From a virus, in IMG/VR virus record IMGVR_UViG_3300045988_091734, positions 1 to 49,403 of that record: a DNA stretch of 49,403 nucleotides. One strand, 5' to 3'. The notes under the pieces are model-generated. The model did no database searches, was not told the origin of the DNA, and saw only the letters and a program-made list of their open reading frames with translations. Below are positions 5,917 to 14,844 of the stretch, one piece after another. How positions within the stretch are numbered: position 1 is the stretch's first letter; every line of letters starts with the position of its first letter. The position numbers were made by a program, and so were the translations under genes.

Positions 5917-7746
5917 TTGGAAAAAAACAGCATTTGGACGATTCAAGCGCCTAACGGCACAATATACCGCACAAATCAATTGCGCAAGTTTATGTTTGCG
6001 CATCCAGAATGGTTTGCAAAGCCCGCTACTCAATATGTGACGGCATACAACTTTTTGCAAAAAAAAGAACCGGGAAAACGGCTGTGTACATTCGCAGGTG
6101 GTTGGGTTGTATTATCTAATACTTTCCGCCATGATGATATGGCGCAGTCCATCCATTGGTGGAGAATAAAGTCACCCGATGGCAAGGAACATCTTGTCAT
6201 CGGCGAACGGTATCGACATTTTTTGCAAACATGTGGTTATTTTGAAGTTGGAAGTGAACCATATTATTATTTTAAGTGCGGCTTAAAAAAAGCAAGCGAA
6301 GAAGGAACGCCTGTTACTCTAAAAAATGGATGGATAATCGCGCGTCCTGTCCCGCTCGACGAGTTTCGGCTGGTTGATATTGTAGGACCGGAAATGGAGC
6401 AGGAGTATATCTACGACGCAAACGGAAATTCGCACCCCAAACGCCTTAGCGATGTCCGAAACTACAAACGCGGACAAATTGAGTGGACAATTGCTGACCC
6501 GGACGGCAGAATATACCACACAAAAAGCCTATTTAATTTTTTGCGAGAGCGGAAGGATTTTTCCGAGAACCCACGGTCGGCTGTGGCAATGTTTTCGCAA
6601 ATAATTGCTATACGTTGCGGGTTGAGAAACGGGAAGAAATTAACGTTAAAGAACGGTTGGACTGCGTTAGACCGTTCCGACGTACATGATTTGATTGAGC
6701 AAAGGAAGCAAAACTATCAGGAAAGTGCAACAAACAAGCCGATAGAGCGAAAACACAGAGACTTGACGGGTCAAAGATTTGGGATGCTGACTGCTCTTTA
6801 TCGGCTTGACGGGAAAGGGAAGGCGAAGTGGCGTTGCCGTTGTGATTGCGGAATTGAGAGAGATGTTTTGAGCGACACCCTGATTCGCGGACACAGAACC
6901 AGTTGCGGATGCCGTGGAAGCAAAGACTTGACCAATCAACGTTTTGGCTCTTTGATAGCCCTATACCGAATTACTGGGAACGGCAAGGCAAAATGGCACT
7001 GCCGATGCGATTGTGGCAATGAAAAAGATGTTTTTGGGGAAGACCTCCTTCGCGGAAATACAACGAGTTGTGGATTCTGCAAATACGACGATTTGACTGG
7101 TCAACGTTTCGGTGCATTGACCGTTCTTTCCCGCGTCGAAGGGGAAGAGCGTACAATGTGGCATTGTCGCTGTGACTGCGGCAACGAAAAAGACATATTA
7201 GCCGGCAACTTGCGGAGCGGGCTTGTTACGAGCTGCGGGTGCGGAAGAAACAGAATCGCTGCTCGAACGGAAAGCCTTGCAGTCACACCGCAAGCGTCAT
7301 TTAACGACATCGCCGGGAAACGTTTTGGAATGTTAACTGCTATCCGCTACGACAGGCAAAAACGTCGTTGGCTTTGCCGATGCGATTGCGGAGGCGAGTG
7401 CTACTTAAATTGCGCAGAGCTTAAAACACGCCGTGATTGCGGCTGTTCTGCTGCGCAGGCAGCGGCAGAACGAATAAAAGCTGGCGCAAACGGAAATCGC
7501 CTCGGCACAAACATCAACACCATCACCAATATTATGAGCGGAAAATTACGAAAAACTAACACTTCCGGCATCACTGGCGTATCAATCAAGGGCAATTGCT
7601 ATCGAGCCAGAATTGTCGTGCGTGGGCGCGAAATAAATTTAGGCAAATTTACCACATTAGAAGCTGCCGTCCGCGCAAGAAAAGAAGCAGAAAAGAAGTA
7701 TTTCGCTCCGCTCATCGAGCAAGACAAGGAAAACCAAAAGGAGTAA
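5917..7746 (+). CDS. multi-repeat DNA-binding protein: 3 N-terminal repeats, 4 zinc-ribbon repeats, C-terminal AP2 domain
   Basis: Three W.I..PDG..Y...F...KNGW units. Four DLTGQRFG.LT......W.C.CDCG......L..G...SCGC units (nt ~6760-7450). C-terminal NTSGITGVS...YRARI..RGREINLGKF.TLEAAVRARKEAEKKYF matches the AP2/integrase-type DNA-binding domain. The TTG start is uncertain. Confidence 0.7.
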   Translation: MEKNSIWTIQAPNGTIYRTNQLRKFMFAHPEWFAKPATQYVTAYNFLQKKEPGKRLCTFAGGWVVLSNTFRHDDMAQSIHWWRIKSPDGKEHLVIGERYRHFLQTCGYFEVGSEPYYYFKCGLKKASEEGTPVTLKNGWIIARPVPLDEFRLVDIVGPEMEQEYIYDANGNSHPKRLSDVRNYKRGQIEWTIADPDGRIYHTKSLFNFLRERKDFSENPRSAVAMFSQIIAIRCGLRNGKKLTLKNGWTALDRSDVHDLIEQRKQNYQESATNKPIERKHRDLTGQRFGMLTALYRLDGKGKAKWRCRCDCGIERDVLSDTLIRGHRTSCGCRGSKDLTNQRFGSLIALYRITGNGKAKWHCRCDCGNEKDVFGEDLLRGNTTSCGFCKYDDLTGQRFGALTVLSRVEGEERTMWHCRCDCGNEKDILAGNLRSGLVTSCGCGRNRIAARTESLAVTPQASFNDIAGKRFGMLTAIRYDRQKRRWLCRCDCGGECYLNCAELKTRRDCGCSAAQAAAERIKAGANGNRLGTNINTITNIMSGKLRKTNTSGITGVSIKGNCYRARIVVRGREINLGKFTTLEAAVRARKEAEKKYFAPLIEQDKENQKE

Positions 7747-7754
7747 GCAATAAA

Positions 7755-8348
7755 ATGCCAGAAGAGCACAAAGAACAGCTCATTTCGCAAACAACCGTTT
7801 TGTCTATGGGCTTCACTAAGTCCCTGATAGACAAGCTGCTTCCGCCGCCCATCCTTAAGCGGAATCCGCATTATGCGTCCTCATCTCCCATGAAACTGTG
7901 GCGCGATGACGATGTGCGTGCCATCATGGAGACGCCGGAGTTCCAAACGATGGCGGCGAAAGCAGCCGCACGGAAAGCGGCTGCTGCAAAAGCCGTCGAA
8001 ACGAAACGCAAGAACGCTGAAGGCATTGCCGATAATCTCATTGCATCCATCCACGTTACGCGCTGGGATATTCCCGTGTTGGAAGAGGCGACGCTGAACG
8101 CAAAGCAAGAATGGTTTCTCGAACACGGCAATGTGGATATGGCGACCCCAAACACCGAGACGCTGGAACGCTGGATGGTCAATTTTGTCCGCCATAATCT
8201 CTGCGAGTATGACGACAAGTTGATTGACCTTTTCGGGCTTATCGGCAAGGAAGCGCTGTACCAGCGCCTAAAAACTGAAACACTTGCGAAAATCGCGGAA
8301 GTATATCCAGAACTTGAAGTTGAGTGCAAGCGTCAGGCGCAAGTGTAG
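7755..8348 (+). CDS. hypothetical protein
   Basis: ATG 7755 follows AAGGAG, so the track start 7596 is judged over-extended. 197 aa, followed by a terminator. Confidence 0.6.
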   Translation: MPEEHKEQLISQTTVLSMGFTKSLIDKLLPPPILKRNPHYASSSPMKLWRDDDVRAIMETPEFQTMAAKAAARKAAAAKAVETKRKNAEGIADNLIASIHVTRWDIPVLEEATLNAKQEWFLEHGNVDMATPNTETLERWMVNFVRHNLCEYDDKLIDLFGLIGKEALYQRLKTETLAKIAEVYPELEVECKRQAQV

Positions 8349-8363
8349 AGCGCAACTAAAAAA

Positions 8364-8392
8364 GACCGGGACATTACGTCCCGGCTTTCTTT
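8364..8392. terminator. bidirectional rho-independent terminator between convergent genes
   Basis: CCGGGAC-attac-GTCCCGG stem flanked by an A run upstream and TTTCTTT downstream, so either orientation gives hairpin + U tract. Confidence 0.7.
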
Positions 8393-8625
8393 ATATTCCG
8401 TTTGGGTAAAATTTCGGAGTATTTCTGCGCTTCGTCGTACTTGATTTTGAGCGTATGTATAATATAGTCAATCTTGCGAATGCTCATATTGTACTTTATC
8501 GACTGCTTTGTGCGTGTCCAGCCCTTCGCCCGCGACCTGATAATCAGTTCTTCTTCCTCGGACAAACAGGCTTCGTCAACGAAAGCATCCACAACCGCTT
8601 TTGTCCATACGACTTCGCGGCTCAT
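8374..8625 (-). CDS. small sigma-70 region-4/LuxR-like HTH protein
   Basis: LSEEEELIIRSRAKGWTRTKQSIKYNMSIRKIDYIIHTLKIKY resembles a region-4-type HTH; last gene of the lysis operon. Confidence 0.5.
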   Translation of the reverse strand: MSREVVWTKAVVDAFVDEACLSEEEELIIRSRAKGWTRTKQSIKYNMSIRKIDYIIHTLKIKYDEAQKYSEILPKRNIKKAGT

Positions 8626-8628
8626 CCC

Positions 8629-8907
8629 TTACTCCTTCGGTGCGTTCTTGCCCTTTTCGTCCACAATTTCGATGGCTTTCAGCACATCTGCACCGTTAAT
8701 GTTGGTGACGCCGCCCGCGCTCGCCGCGTCCGTCATGCCCTCGCCGATGATGTAGGCGATGACCGTAGCACCCGCCATGATGATGCTGCCGACCTGCGTT
8801 GCGGTTTCATCCGCCACGCCGAATGCCATAATCAGCATGGTCACAAAGGACACAACCGCCGCCCAGAACTTGCGGCTTGTCAGTTTACGCTTCAAATTCT
8901 CACTCAT
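8629..8907 (-). CDS. holin (two transmembrane segments)
   Basis: 92 aa. TM segments FWAAVVSFVTMLIMAFGV and VGSIIMAGATVIAYIIG. ATGA overlap with the upstream gene; two genes downstream of the endolysin. Confidence 0.7.
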   Translation of the reverse strand: MSENLKRKLTSRKFWAAVVSFVTMLIMAFGVADETATQVGSIIMAGATVIAYIIGEGMTDAASAGGVTNINGADVLKAIEIVDEKGKNAPKE

Positions 8908-9278
8908 TTTGCATTTCCTCCCTTTAGGGCGTTGCCCCTCAACCAATTATCAATTTCCCTGCTTGCCGCCGTCATTTCGTCGGCGTTGCCGTTGTGTAAC
9001 TCATGCTCCAAAAGTGCTTGTACTCCGGCGCAAGTCACCATCAGTCCGTCACGCAAGCCGCCGATGCGCTCTTCGTGCCCATCGAGGCGGCGCTTGTCTG
9101 TGTCCAGCTTGCGATTGATGTCTGACACGCTGGATGCCAGCGCGTTTGTTGGCTGCTCCTGTCTCTTGCGTTCATCCCGCGCATTTTTTCGCGCGGTATA
9201 AAATGTATTGTATGCTCCCAGCAGAACGAGAATCACGCCCAGCGCCAGAATCAGTTTATCAGCGGTGAGGTTTCCCAT
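8904..9278 (-). CDS. membrane-anchored coiled-coil lysis accessory protein
   Basis: ATG 9278 lies 1 nt after the endolysin stop with a GGAAGGTGGTG RBS. N-terminal TM LILALGVILVLLGAY, then a charged helical region. Confidence 0.6.
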   Translation of the reverse strand: MGNLTADKLILALGVILVLLGAYNTFYTARKNARDERKRQEQPTNALASSVSDINRKLDTDKRRLDGHEERIGGLRDGLMVTCAGVQALLEHELHNGNADEMTAASREIDNWLRGNALKGGNAK

Positions 9279-9279
9279 G

Positions 9280-10056
9280 TTAGCCGACACCACCTTCCAG
9301 CGCTGTGACGCGGGCTTCCAACTTCTCGACGCGTTCCGCAAGCTCGTCAAGCGTGGGTGTTTCCGTTTGGGAAATACCCACATCGACAAACTCCGCCATC
9401 ATGTAGCCCTGATTCGTCTCCGTCTCGACGTGAAGCCATCCGCCACTATTCCCGATGACGTTGACAGTCGTGCCGATTTTTACTTTTTCCAGCACCTTTG
9501 CGGATTTGCTCGGCTCTGCGCGAAGGTTGACCGTGCTGCCGCTCTGCGCTGTCACACGTCCAACGCAGATAACATCGTTGCTATCATCCACCATTGGTGT
9601 ATCCTCCTTGTATTCGACTTTTTTGAGGTGTCCTGCGCACGTCCACGATTTGACGGGTGAAGCGACGAAGCCCGTTGCGCTGCTCTGCGCATTGAGAACC
9701 TTGCCGTCCTTCCCCATCAGTCCGATGTGGTAAAAGTCCCTCAAATCGCCGTTGTAGTATTTGCCGCCCTGTTTGTAGCCAGACGGCAAGGCATACCGCG
9801 AATCACCAGGATTCCGGCACTTAAAAACTGCCATTCCGGGCTTTGCGGCGAAGATTGGGACAAGCTCAACAATTTCCGTCCGCGCAATGCGGTTGCTTCC
9901 GTGGTAGATGTGCTGTCCGTGCTGACGATATGACCACACAAACGCGCCGGAGCAGTCAACGTTCCCCGCATCCGCTGCACCAGCCGTATACTTCCAGTGC
10001 TCGTCAAGCATCCGCTGGAAGTCGCCCAGAATGGCGGATACTGCGATTTTGGGCAT
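9280..10056 (-). CDS. endolysin: NlpC/P60-type peptidase + SH3-like cell-wall-binding domain
   Basis: DCSGAFVW (catalytic Cys context) and FYHIGLMG (His). SH3-like GRVTAQSGSTVNLRAEPSKSAKVL...GWLHVE. GAGGAGG RBS. Confidence 0.8.
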   Translation of the reverse strand: MPKIAVSAILGDFQRMLDEHWKYTAGAADAGNVDCSGAFVWSYRQHGQHIYHGSNRIARTEIVELVPIFAAKPGMAVFKCRNPGDSRYALPSGYKQGGKYYNGDLRDFYHIGLMGKDGKVLNAQSSATGFVASPVKSWTCAGHLKKVEYKEDTPMVDDSNDVICVGRVTAQSGSTVNLRAEPSKSAKVLEKVKIGTTVNVIGNSGGWLHVETETNQGYMMAEFVDVGISQTETPTLDELAERVEKLEARVTALEGGVG

Positions 10057-10192
10057 GATGACACCTCCTCAAACTTGGTACTAACTTGGTACTAACTTGG
10101 TACTAACTTGCAACTTGCGTGCAACTTAAAAATGCCGAAAAATCGGCATTTGCGAAACGCTGAGCAGCAAGATTGCAACTTAATTGCAACTT
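10057..10192 (-). repeat. phased AAGTT array: 4x AAGTTGCA and 3x tandem 11-bp AAGTTAGTACC flanking a terminator, upstream of the endolysin
   Basis: Minus strand: AAGTTGCAattAAGTTGCA...terminator...AAGTTGCAcgcAAGTTGC-AAGTTAGTACC x3-AAGTTtGAGGAGG. Spacing is mostly 11 bp. Confidence 0.85.
10127..10149 (-). terminator. weak/moderate rho-independent terminator between tail-fibre and lysis genes
   Basis: Minus strand ATGCCGA-tttt-TCGGCAT followed by TTTTaag. Confidence 0.5.
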
Positions 10193-10409
10193 AGATTGTG
10201 TTTTCTCCACCATTTTCCGCCGCGTCCAGCGAATCATAGTACGCCTGCGCCAGCTTCTCGACTTCCGCGATGTCGTCCTCCGTCAGCAGCCCGTTGTCGA
10301 GGTGCGTGTACGCCTTATCGAGCCAAAATGCCACATCGCGCCCCGCGGAAATCTCGCGCTTGATTGCGCGCAGCGTCAAATCGTGCCGAGCTTTGCTGTT
10401 AATTGCCAT
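10191..10409 (-). CDS. small hypothetical protein after the tail fibre (possibly XkdX-like)
   Basis: 72 aa, position typical of XkdX-type genes; similarity is only impressionistic. Confidence 0.5.
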   Translation of the reverse strand: MAINSKARHDLTLRAIKREISAGRDVAFWLDKAYTHLDNGLLTEDDIAEVEKLAQAYYDSLDAAENGGENTI

Positions 10410-10421
10410 AAAGATACCTCC

Positions 10422-11390
10422 TTAATTTTGCGTCATGGATGCAATCGCATCCTCAAGATTTTTGATTACGATATTCACGTCGCGCTGATACTTCATTTCT
10501 GCGCCAGCGCCATCAGTAACGCTGATGGTAGTCGTCGGGGCGTAGGTGGTCAGCGCCTTGTACGCGGCGATTTCGGCGGATGAAAGGGCGGTTTCGACGG
10601 GAGTTGCAAGCGATGTCCAAACATATACCTCTTTCGCATCGAGGAATGCTTTGAACTCGTCGAGGGTTGAAGAGCCTTTTTGGGCGTATGCAAAACCGAT
10701 AAGATTGTTTTGATTTGCGATGGCGCCGCCGACAACTTCCGAACCTACGGTGGTTGAAAAGTGCGTACAAAGAACATTTGTCGCAGAAGTGCCAGCGAAC
10801 CAAGCAAAGTATCTATCAACCTTTTGTCCAGACGTCTGCCAGTTGAGGGATGATGTTACCCTGATTTTTGTGATGCGTTGCAAATACACACCGCGCGCAA
10901 AATCCACCTCGTCGCAGACCCACTGCTGACCGTTTTCGTCCGTGTAGTTCCCGCCGGATGTGACCGGGATTCCCGGCAGCGCGTTCGGCGTTTGCAGCGT
11001 CAGCGTCTGCGAATTGTTCGCGCCATCCGACACCGTGACCGTCACCGTTCTGCCGTCACCCGCGCTGACAATCGGCACGGGCGCGGTCGGGGTCGGCACG
11101 CCGTTCTGCGTGCTTTTGCCGCAGACGCGCAGTCCGACAAACGGCGCAGCGAAAGAATCCGTCGTGGTAATCGACGCGCCGGACACGCTGCCAGACAACA
11201 CATTTGCGCGCGCGGAAAGCGTGTTGGCAGTATTCGCAGCCGCGCGGATAGCGTCGCCAGCAGTTTTTGCGTCCGCGGCGCGGTTCTCCAGCGTCAGCGT
11301 CTTGTCCGTCACCAGCGCCGTGGGAATACCGCCATTCTCGCCAGCGCCATAGAGCGACAGAATCATGCCAAGCGTGCTTGCATCAACCAT
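10422..11390 (-). CDS. tail fibre / receptor-binding protein
   Basis: 322 aa, G/T/S/A-rich beta-type sequence, N-terminal ...LTLENRAADAKTAGDAI..., located after the baseplate-like genes. Confidence 0.6.
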   Translation of the reverse strand: MVDASTLGMILSLYGAGENGGIPTALVTDKTLTLENRAADAKTAGDAIRAAANTANTLSARANVLSGSVSGASITTTDSFAAPFVGLRVCGKSTQNGVPTPTAPVPIVSAGDGRTVTVTVSDGANNSQTLTLQTPNALPGIPVTSGGNYTDENGQQWVCDEVDFARGVYLQRITKIRVTSSLNWQTSGQKVDRYFAWFAGTSATNVLCTHFSTTVGSEVVGGAIANQNNLIGFAYAQKGSSTLDEFKAFLDAKEVYVWTSLATPVETALSSAEIAAYKALTTYAPTTTISVTDGAGAEMKYQRDVNIVIKNLEDAIASMTQN

Positions 11391-11599
11391 TAGTTGCCAC
11401 CTCCAATCTTAATCCACGCGCCCTGCGCGTCCTTCTGCCACATCGCGCCGAATCCGGCGGTGTACGCCAAACTGCCGATGCTTCCCGACTTCCCCGGCTC
11501 TGTGCCATTGGAGATGTCGGCGGCGCTATCCAACATCCACTCAACATAGTCCGTGTGGATAGTCTCGCCGTTATTCCTGCGGATTAGATTCCACGCCAT
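11390..11599 (-). CDS. small tail-fibre-associated hypothetical protein
   Basis: ATG 11599 follows an AAGGAGG RBS (9-nt spacer), so the track start 11686 is judged over-extended. Confidence 0.5.
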   Translation of the reverse strand: MAWNLIRRNNGETIHTDYVEWMLDSAADISNGTEPGKSGSIGSLAYTAGFGAMWQKDAQGAWIKIGGGN

Positions 11600-12533
11600 T
11601 CTGTGCCGCCTCCTTAATTGTGATGATGATGCCATCAGATTCAAGCCCGACATTGCTGCTTGCGTCAACCGCCTGGAATGCAACAATCCGCGTTCCGCTC
11701 CCGGTAGACTGAAACTGCTTTGTGAACGTTATCGTTTCCTGCTGCACGTCATAAATGCGCTCATTTACTGTGCCGTCCACAAGGAAACGGATTGATGCCG
11801 CGTTCTTCTGCGTTATTGTAAACGTCACGCTCTCGCCGACGGCGATTGTTGTTTTGGCTGCCTCAACGCTGATGATTCGGGGACGTTGCTCTTCAAGCGC
11901 TGATACGTCGTCTTTCCACGCTGCATACAGTTTGCTGTAGTTTTGTGCTGCGGTGTTTGAGCGATATGCACCCATTTGCAGCAGTTCCAGAAGCAACAAT
12001 TTCTCTCCGTCCGTAATGTACTTGCCCAGAAATTGCTGTGCTGCGGATGTCGCACTTTCTGCCGCTGCGTTCGCGTTTGCTGCGGCGTTTGTGCAGTCTT
12101 GCATCTTTGCCAGCACCTTTGTGATGTCCGGCATAACGTTCTCCGGGTCGTACACCGTCCCGGTTGCCCCCGCAGCCACGCGTCCCTCAAGCCACAAGAT
12201 AGCCGTCGTGTCCTCGCCGACCGTCGCCGTGACCATCAGGCGGAAACGCCCAACAACAGCATAGCAAGCGGCGGAAAGCGTTACAGATGCCACGCCGTCG
12301 TTGACCGCGCCTTGAAGAAGAATCGTCGGGTTATCGTCCGTGCTTGCAACACTGTCCAGTCGGATAAAACTGCCGACAATCGTTGCACTCGAATCCATGC
12401 TGTACGCCGCGCCATCCTTCTCAAACGCGATTTTCAGCGTGTGGGCGTTCGCCTCGCCCTGAATCAGCGCCGCTTTGAGCGGTGTCATCCGCAACCCGGC
12501 AGACAGATTGCAAGTATAATTTAACTCATTCAT
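11571..12533 (-). CDS. BppU-like upper baseplate / tail fibre protein with C-terminal Ig-like segment
   Basis: N-terminal ...ANAHTLKIAFEKDGAAYSMDSSATIVGSF... resembles the BppU N-terminal domain, followed by a central coiled coil and a beta-rich C-terminus. Confidence 0.55.
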   Translation of the reverse strand: MNELNYTCNLSAGLRMTPLKAALIQGEANAHTLKIAFEKDGAAYSMDSSATIVGSFIRLDSVASTDDNPTILLQGAVNDGVASVTLSAACYAVVGRFRLMVTATVGEDTTAILWLEGRVAAGATGTVYDPENVMPDITKVLAKMQDCTNAAANANAAAESATSAAQQFLGKYITDGEKLLLLELLQMGAYRSNTAAQNYSKLYAAWKDDVSALEEQRPRIISVEAAKTTIAVGESVTFTITQKNAASIRFLVDGTVNERIYDVQQETITFTKQFQSTGSGTRIVAFQAVDASSNVGLESDGIIITIKEAAQNGVESNPQE

Positions 12534-12542
12534 GCGTCCTCC

Positions 12543-14012
12543 TTATTCCGTTCCGGCGGAAATAAGTCCACTCTTGCCGCCCAGCGCCTCGATGATGCCG
12601 CTGATGCTCTTGCCCTCCGTCGACATGGTGACTTGTACCTTCTGCGGCTCAAGCAGCACGTTGTCCGCTTTGAGCGTGAGAATGCGCTCGTCGTAGCAAC
12701 GCCCAAATTTAGGCATTGCAACCCGGCAGATGCTCCCCAGCCGGAAATGGTCGTAGGGCAAGCCGGTAATCGCGGACAGCTCCACAAGGGAAACGTCGAT
12801 GGAAATTGGCGGGTTCTTCTTTTTGTCCAATTCCTTCTGTGCGTTCTCCAAAAGCGTCTTTTTGTCCGTGATGCTGTTATCGGAGTATTTGCCGCACACG
12901 ATGCCCCACTCTTCGATGGTGTCCGCGTCGATGTAGTCCTTGCCATCGTTTACCGTGCCGACGGTGATGCCGTTTTTGCCGTATGCGTACATCCGTGTCA
13001 CAAGGTCGTCGCGGTCGGTGCTGACGGTTGCGCTTGTCAACGCGCCGTTAAAACGCGCTTCGCAGGAGACGGTGTTTGGCATATTAACGAGGTTGAGCGT
13101 CCACGGATGGGTGGAGAAGTCGTACTGCCACCTCATTTCAGCGGGAGACAAGTCCTTGACGTTGTTGATTGCTGTCCAGATGTTCGTCCCCGCGTCGAAA
13201 TCGTATGTGAGATGCTGCGATAACTCGCACGTTCCAATCTGCCAGCGCGTCTCCGGCTGGTAGGTGAGAAGCTGCGCCAGTACATCAACCGCGTCAACGG
13301 ATGCGCTGCCGATTTTCAGCTGCTCCGGGAGAAGCCCGTCCATCAACGTGGAAATGGCGTGGTCGAGGTTGACTTCCTGCGTTGCGTAGTTGCGGAAAGT
13401 CTGAGTGTCAGAGCGCAGGCGGAAGATGCCGACGCTGCCGCCGATGTGGTACAGCTCCACAAACTGTGTTGCGTCCATCCATGTGCCGTCCACAAGCGTC
13501 ATGCTCGCTGTGGAAATGTCGTTGAGGGACAGCGACAAGGACAACGCGGACGGGCGCAAGCGCTTGATTTCCCGCAGATTTTTGTCCAGCAGACGCGGCA
13601 AACGGACATTGTTTGTGTATGCCTTGCTTGCGTCAGGGTCGGGGATGATGCCTGAAACATAGTCGATTGTGAGGTAAATGTTGCTAACGTCTACGTTAAA
13701 AGTTCGCTCAACCGTATCCGTGTAAACTTTTTCCCACATTTGGAAGGATAGTGTTACAGTAAGGGACACGGTGCTTGCTCCGTCAGGAAGTGTTACTGTC
13801 GCAAATCCTGCCTCGTCAACGTGTACATCGTTTACGTCCTGCTTTTGTTGATTGCCCCAAAGGTCGCGCCGAAAATCTGCGTGTACTCGTGCGGATGTGA
13901 TTACTGCGTCGGCTGGAAGAACAACCGGAAAAGTAACCTTTTTCCTACCGATTGTTGGATAGCCTTTCTCAAGCTGCCAACCAGTGGGATTTTCCACATT
14001 AGGGTTTACCAC
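12543..14012 (-). CDS. tail-associated (Tal / prophage tail endopeptidase-like) protein
   Basis: 489 aa directly after Dit. The start (GTG 14012) lacks a clear RBS and is uncertain. Confidence 0.6.
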   Translation of the reverse strand: MVNPNVENPTGWQLEKGYPTIGRKKVTFPVVLPADAVITSARVHADFRRDLWGNQQKQDVNDVHVDEAGFATVTLPDGASTVSLTVTLSFQMWEKVYTDTVERTFNVDVSNIYLTIDYVSGIIPDPDASKAYTNNVRLPRLLDKNLREIKRLRPSALSLSLSLNDISTASMTLVDGTWMDATQFVELYHIGGSVGIFRLRSDTQTFRNYATQEVNLDHAISTLMDGLLPEQLKIGSASVDAVDVLAQLLTYQPETRWQIGTCELSQHLTYDFDAGTNIWTAINNVKDLSPAEMRWQYDFSTHPWTLNLVNMPNTVSCEARFNGALTSATVSTDRDDLVTRMYAYGKNGITVGTVNDGKDYIDADTIEEWGIVCGKYSDNSITDKKTLLENAQKELDKKKNPPISIDVSLVELSAITGLPYDHFRLGSICRVAMPKFGRCYDERILTLKADNVLLEPQKVQVTMSTEGKSISGIIEALGGKSGLISAGTE

Positions 14013-14073
14013 AACACGACATTTTATTTTGGACGTTAGGGTTACTTCCTGCGGTGTGCCATATGCTTTGTAG

Positions 14074-14844
14074 TTAATATTTCCGCCCCCTTGCAGTAAC
14101 CGTCAGCGACAAAAGCCCGTCGCCGCTGAACGACACCTTATTGATTCCGGGCTTTAGCGTGATTTCGTCGGCGGACTGCCCGTTTCGGTTGCCCATCGCG
14201 GATTGCCCTGCCGCTGTGATTTGCTGGATGCCGTTATCGTCGTGTCCTATGCGGATTTCCTCGCCAGTCTTTACGCTGATGTTCGTCAGCGAGATTTTTT
14301 CGCTGCCGCAACTGATTGCAACGTTTGTCAGCGGGTCGATTGCCACAAAAACCGCTTCAAGTGGACACGGCACGTCCCCGCGATTGTAAACCGTCAGGAT
14401 GCCACTTTTGCTTGCTTCAACTGTTTCCATTTTGGAAACAGTTGCTTCTTCCCACCATGGACGCTGATATGCCGTCAGCTTGATTTCCAGCGTGTCCGTC
14501 CATTTGAGCGCGGAAACACTCGCTGCCTCGATGCTGTCGATGTACAACCGCTGGTCCGGGCGGTATGACGTGCGCAGGTAATGTCCACCGCTGCCCCAGC
14601 GCATGATTTTACCGAGGACAAGCTGCCTGTGGATTGTGTTTGCTTCGTGAATCTCAACGGCAATTGTTACCGTGATGGACTGCCGAAGCTGCCCGGTGAG
14701 GTACATTCCCCCGCCCGGGCGTGCTTCGGTCGTCACGGCTTCATTCGGCGCGTCCTCCGAGATGTCGATGATGATGATGGACGGGTCGATATCTTCCAGC
14801 GCTTCCGCCCCCATCCACGCGCGATAGCGCGTAAGCATTATCAA
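14074..14844 (-). CDS. distal tail protein (Dit, siphovirus tail component)
   Basis: 256 aa immediately after the tape measure with a 4-nt overlap; canonical position. Confidence 0.65.
   Translation of the reverse strand: MIMLTRYRAWMGAEALEDIDPSIIIIDISEDAPNEAVTTEARPGGGMYLTGQLRQSITVTIAVEIHEANTIHRQLVLGKIMRWGSGGHYLRTSYRPDQRLYIDSIEAASVSALKWTDTLEIKLTAYQRPWWEEATVSKMETVEASKSGILTVYNRGDVPCPLEAVFVAIDPLTNVAISCGSEKISLTNISVKTGEEIRIGHDDNGIQQITAAGQSAMGNRNGQSADEITLKPGINKVSFSGDGLLSLTVTARGRKY

Noticed and set aside
10422-12533. Search for a diversity-generating retroelement (template/variable repeat pair) in the tail-fibre genes
   Set aside because: No reverse transcriptase gene exists anywhere in the genome, and by eye no near-identical adenine-mutated repeat of the fibre 3' ends was found.
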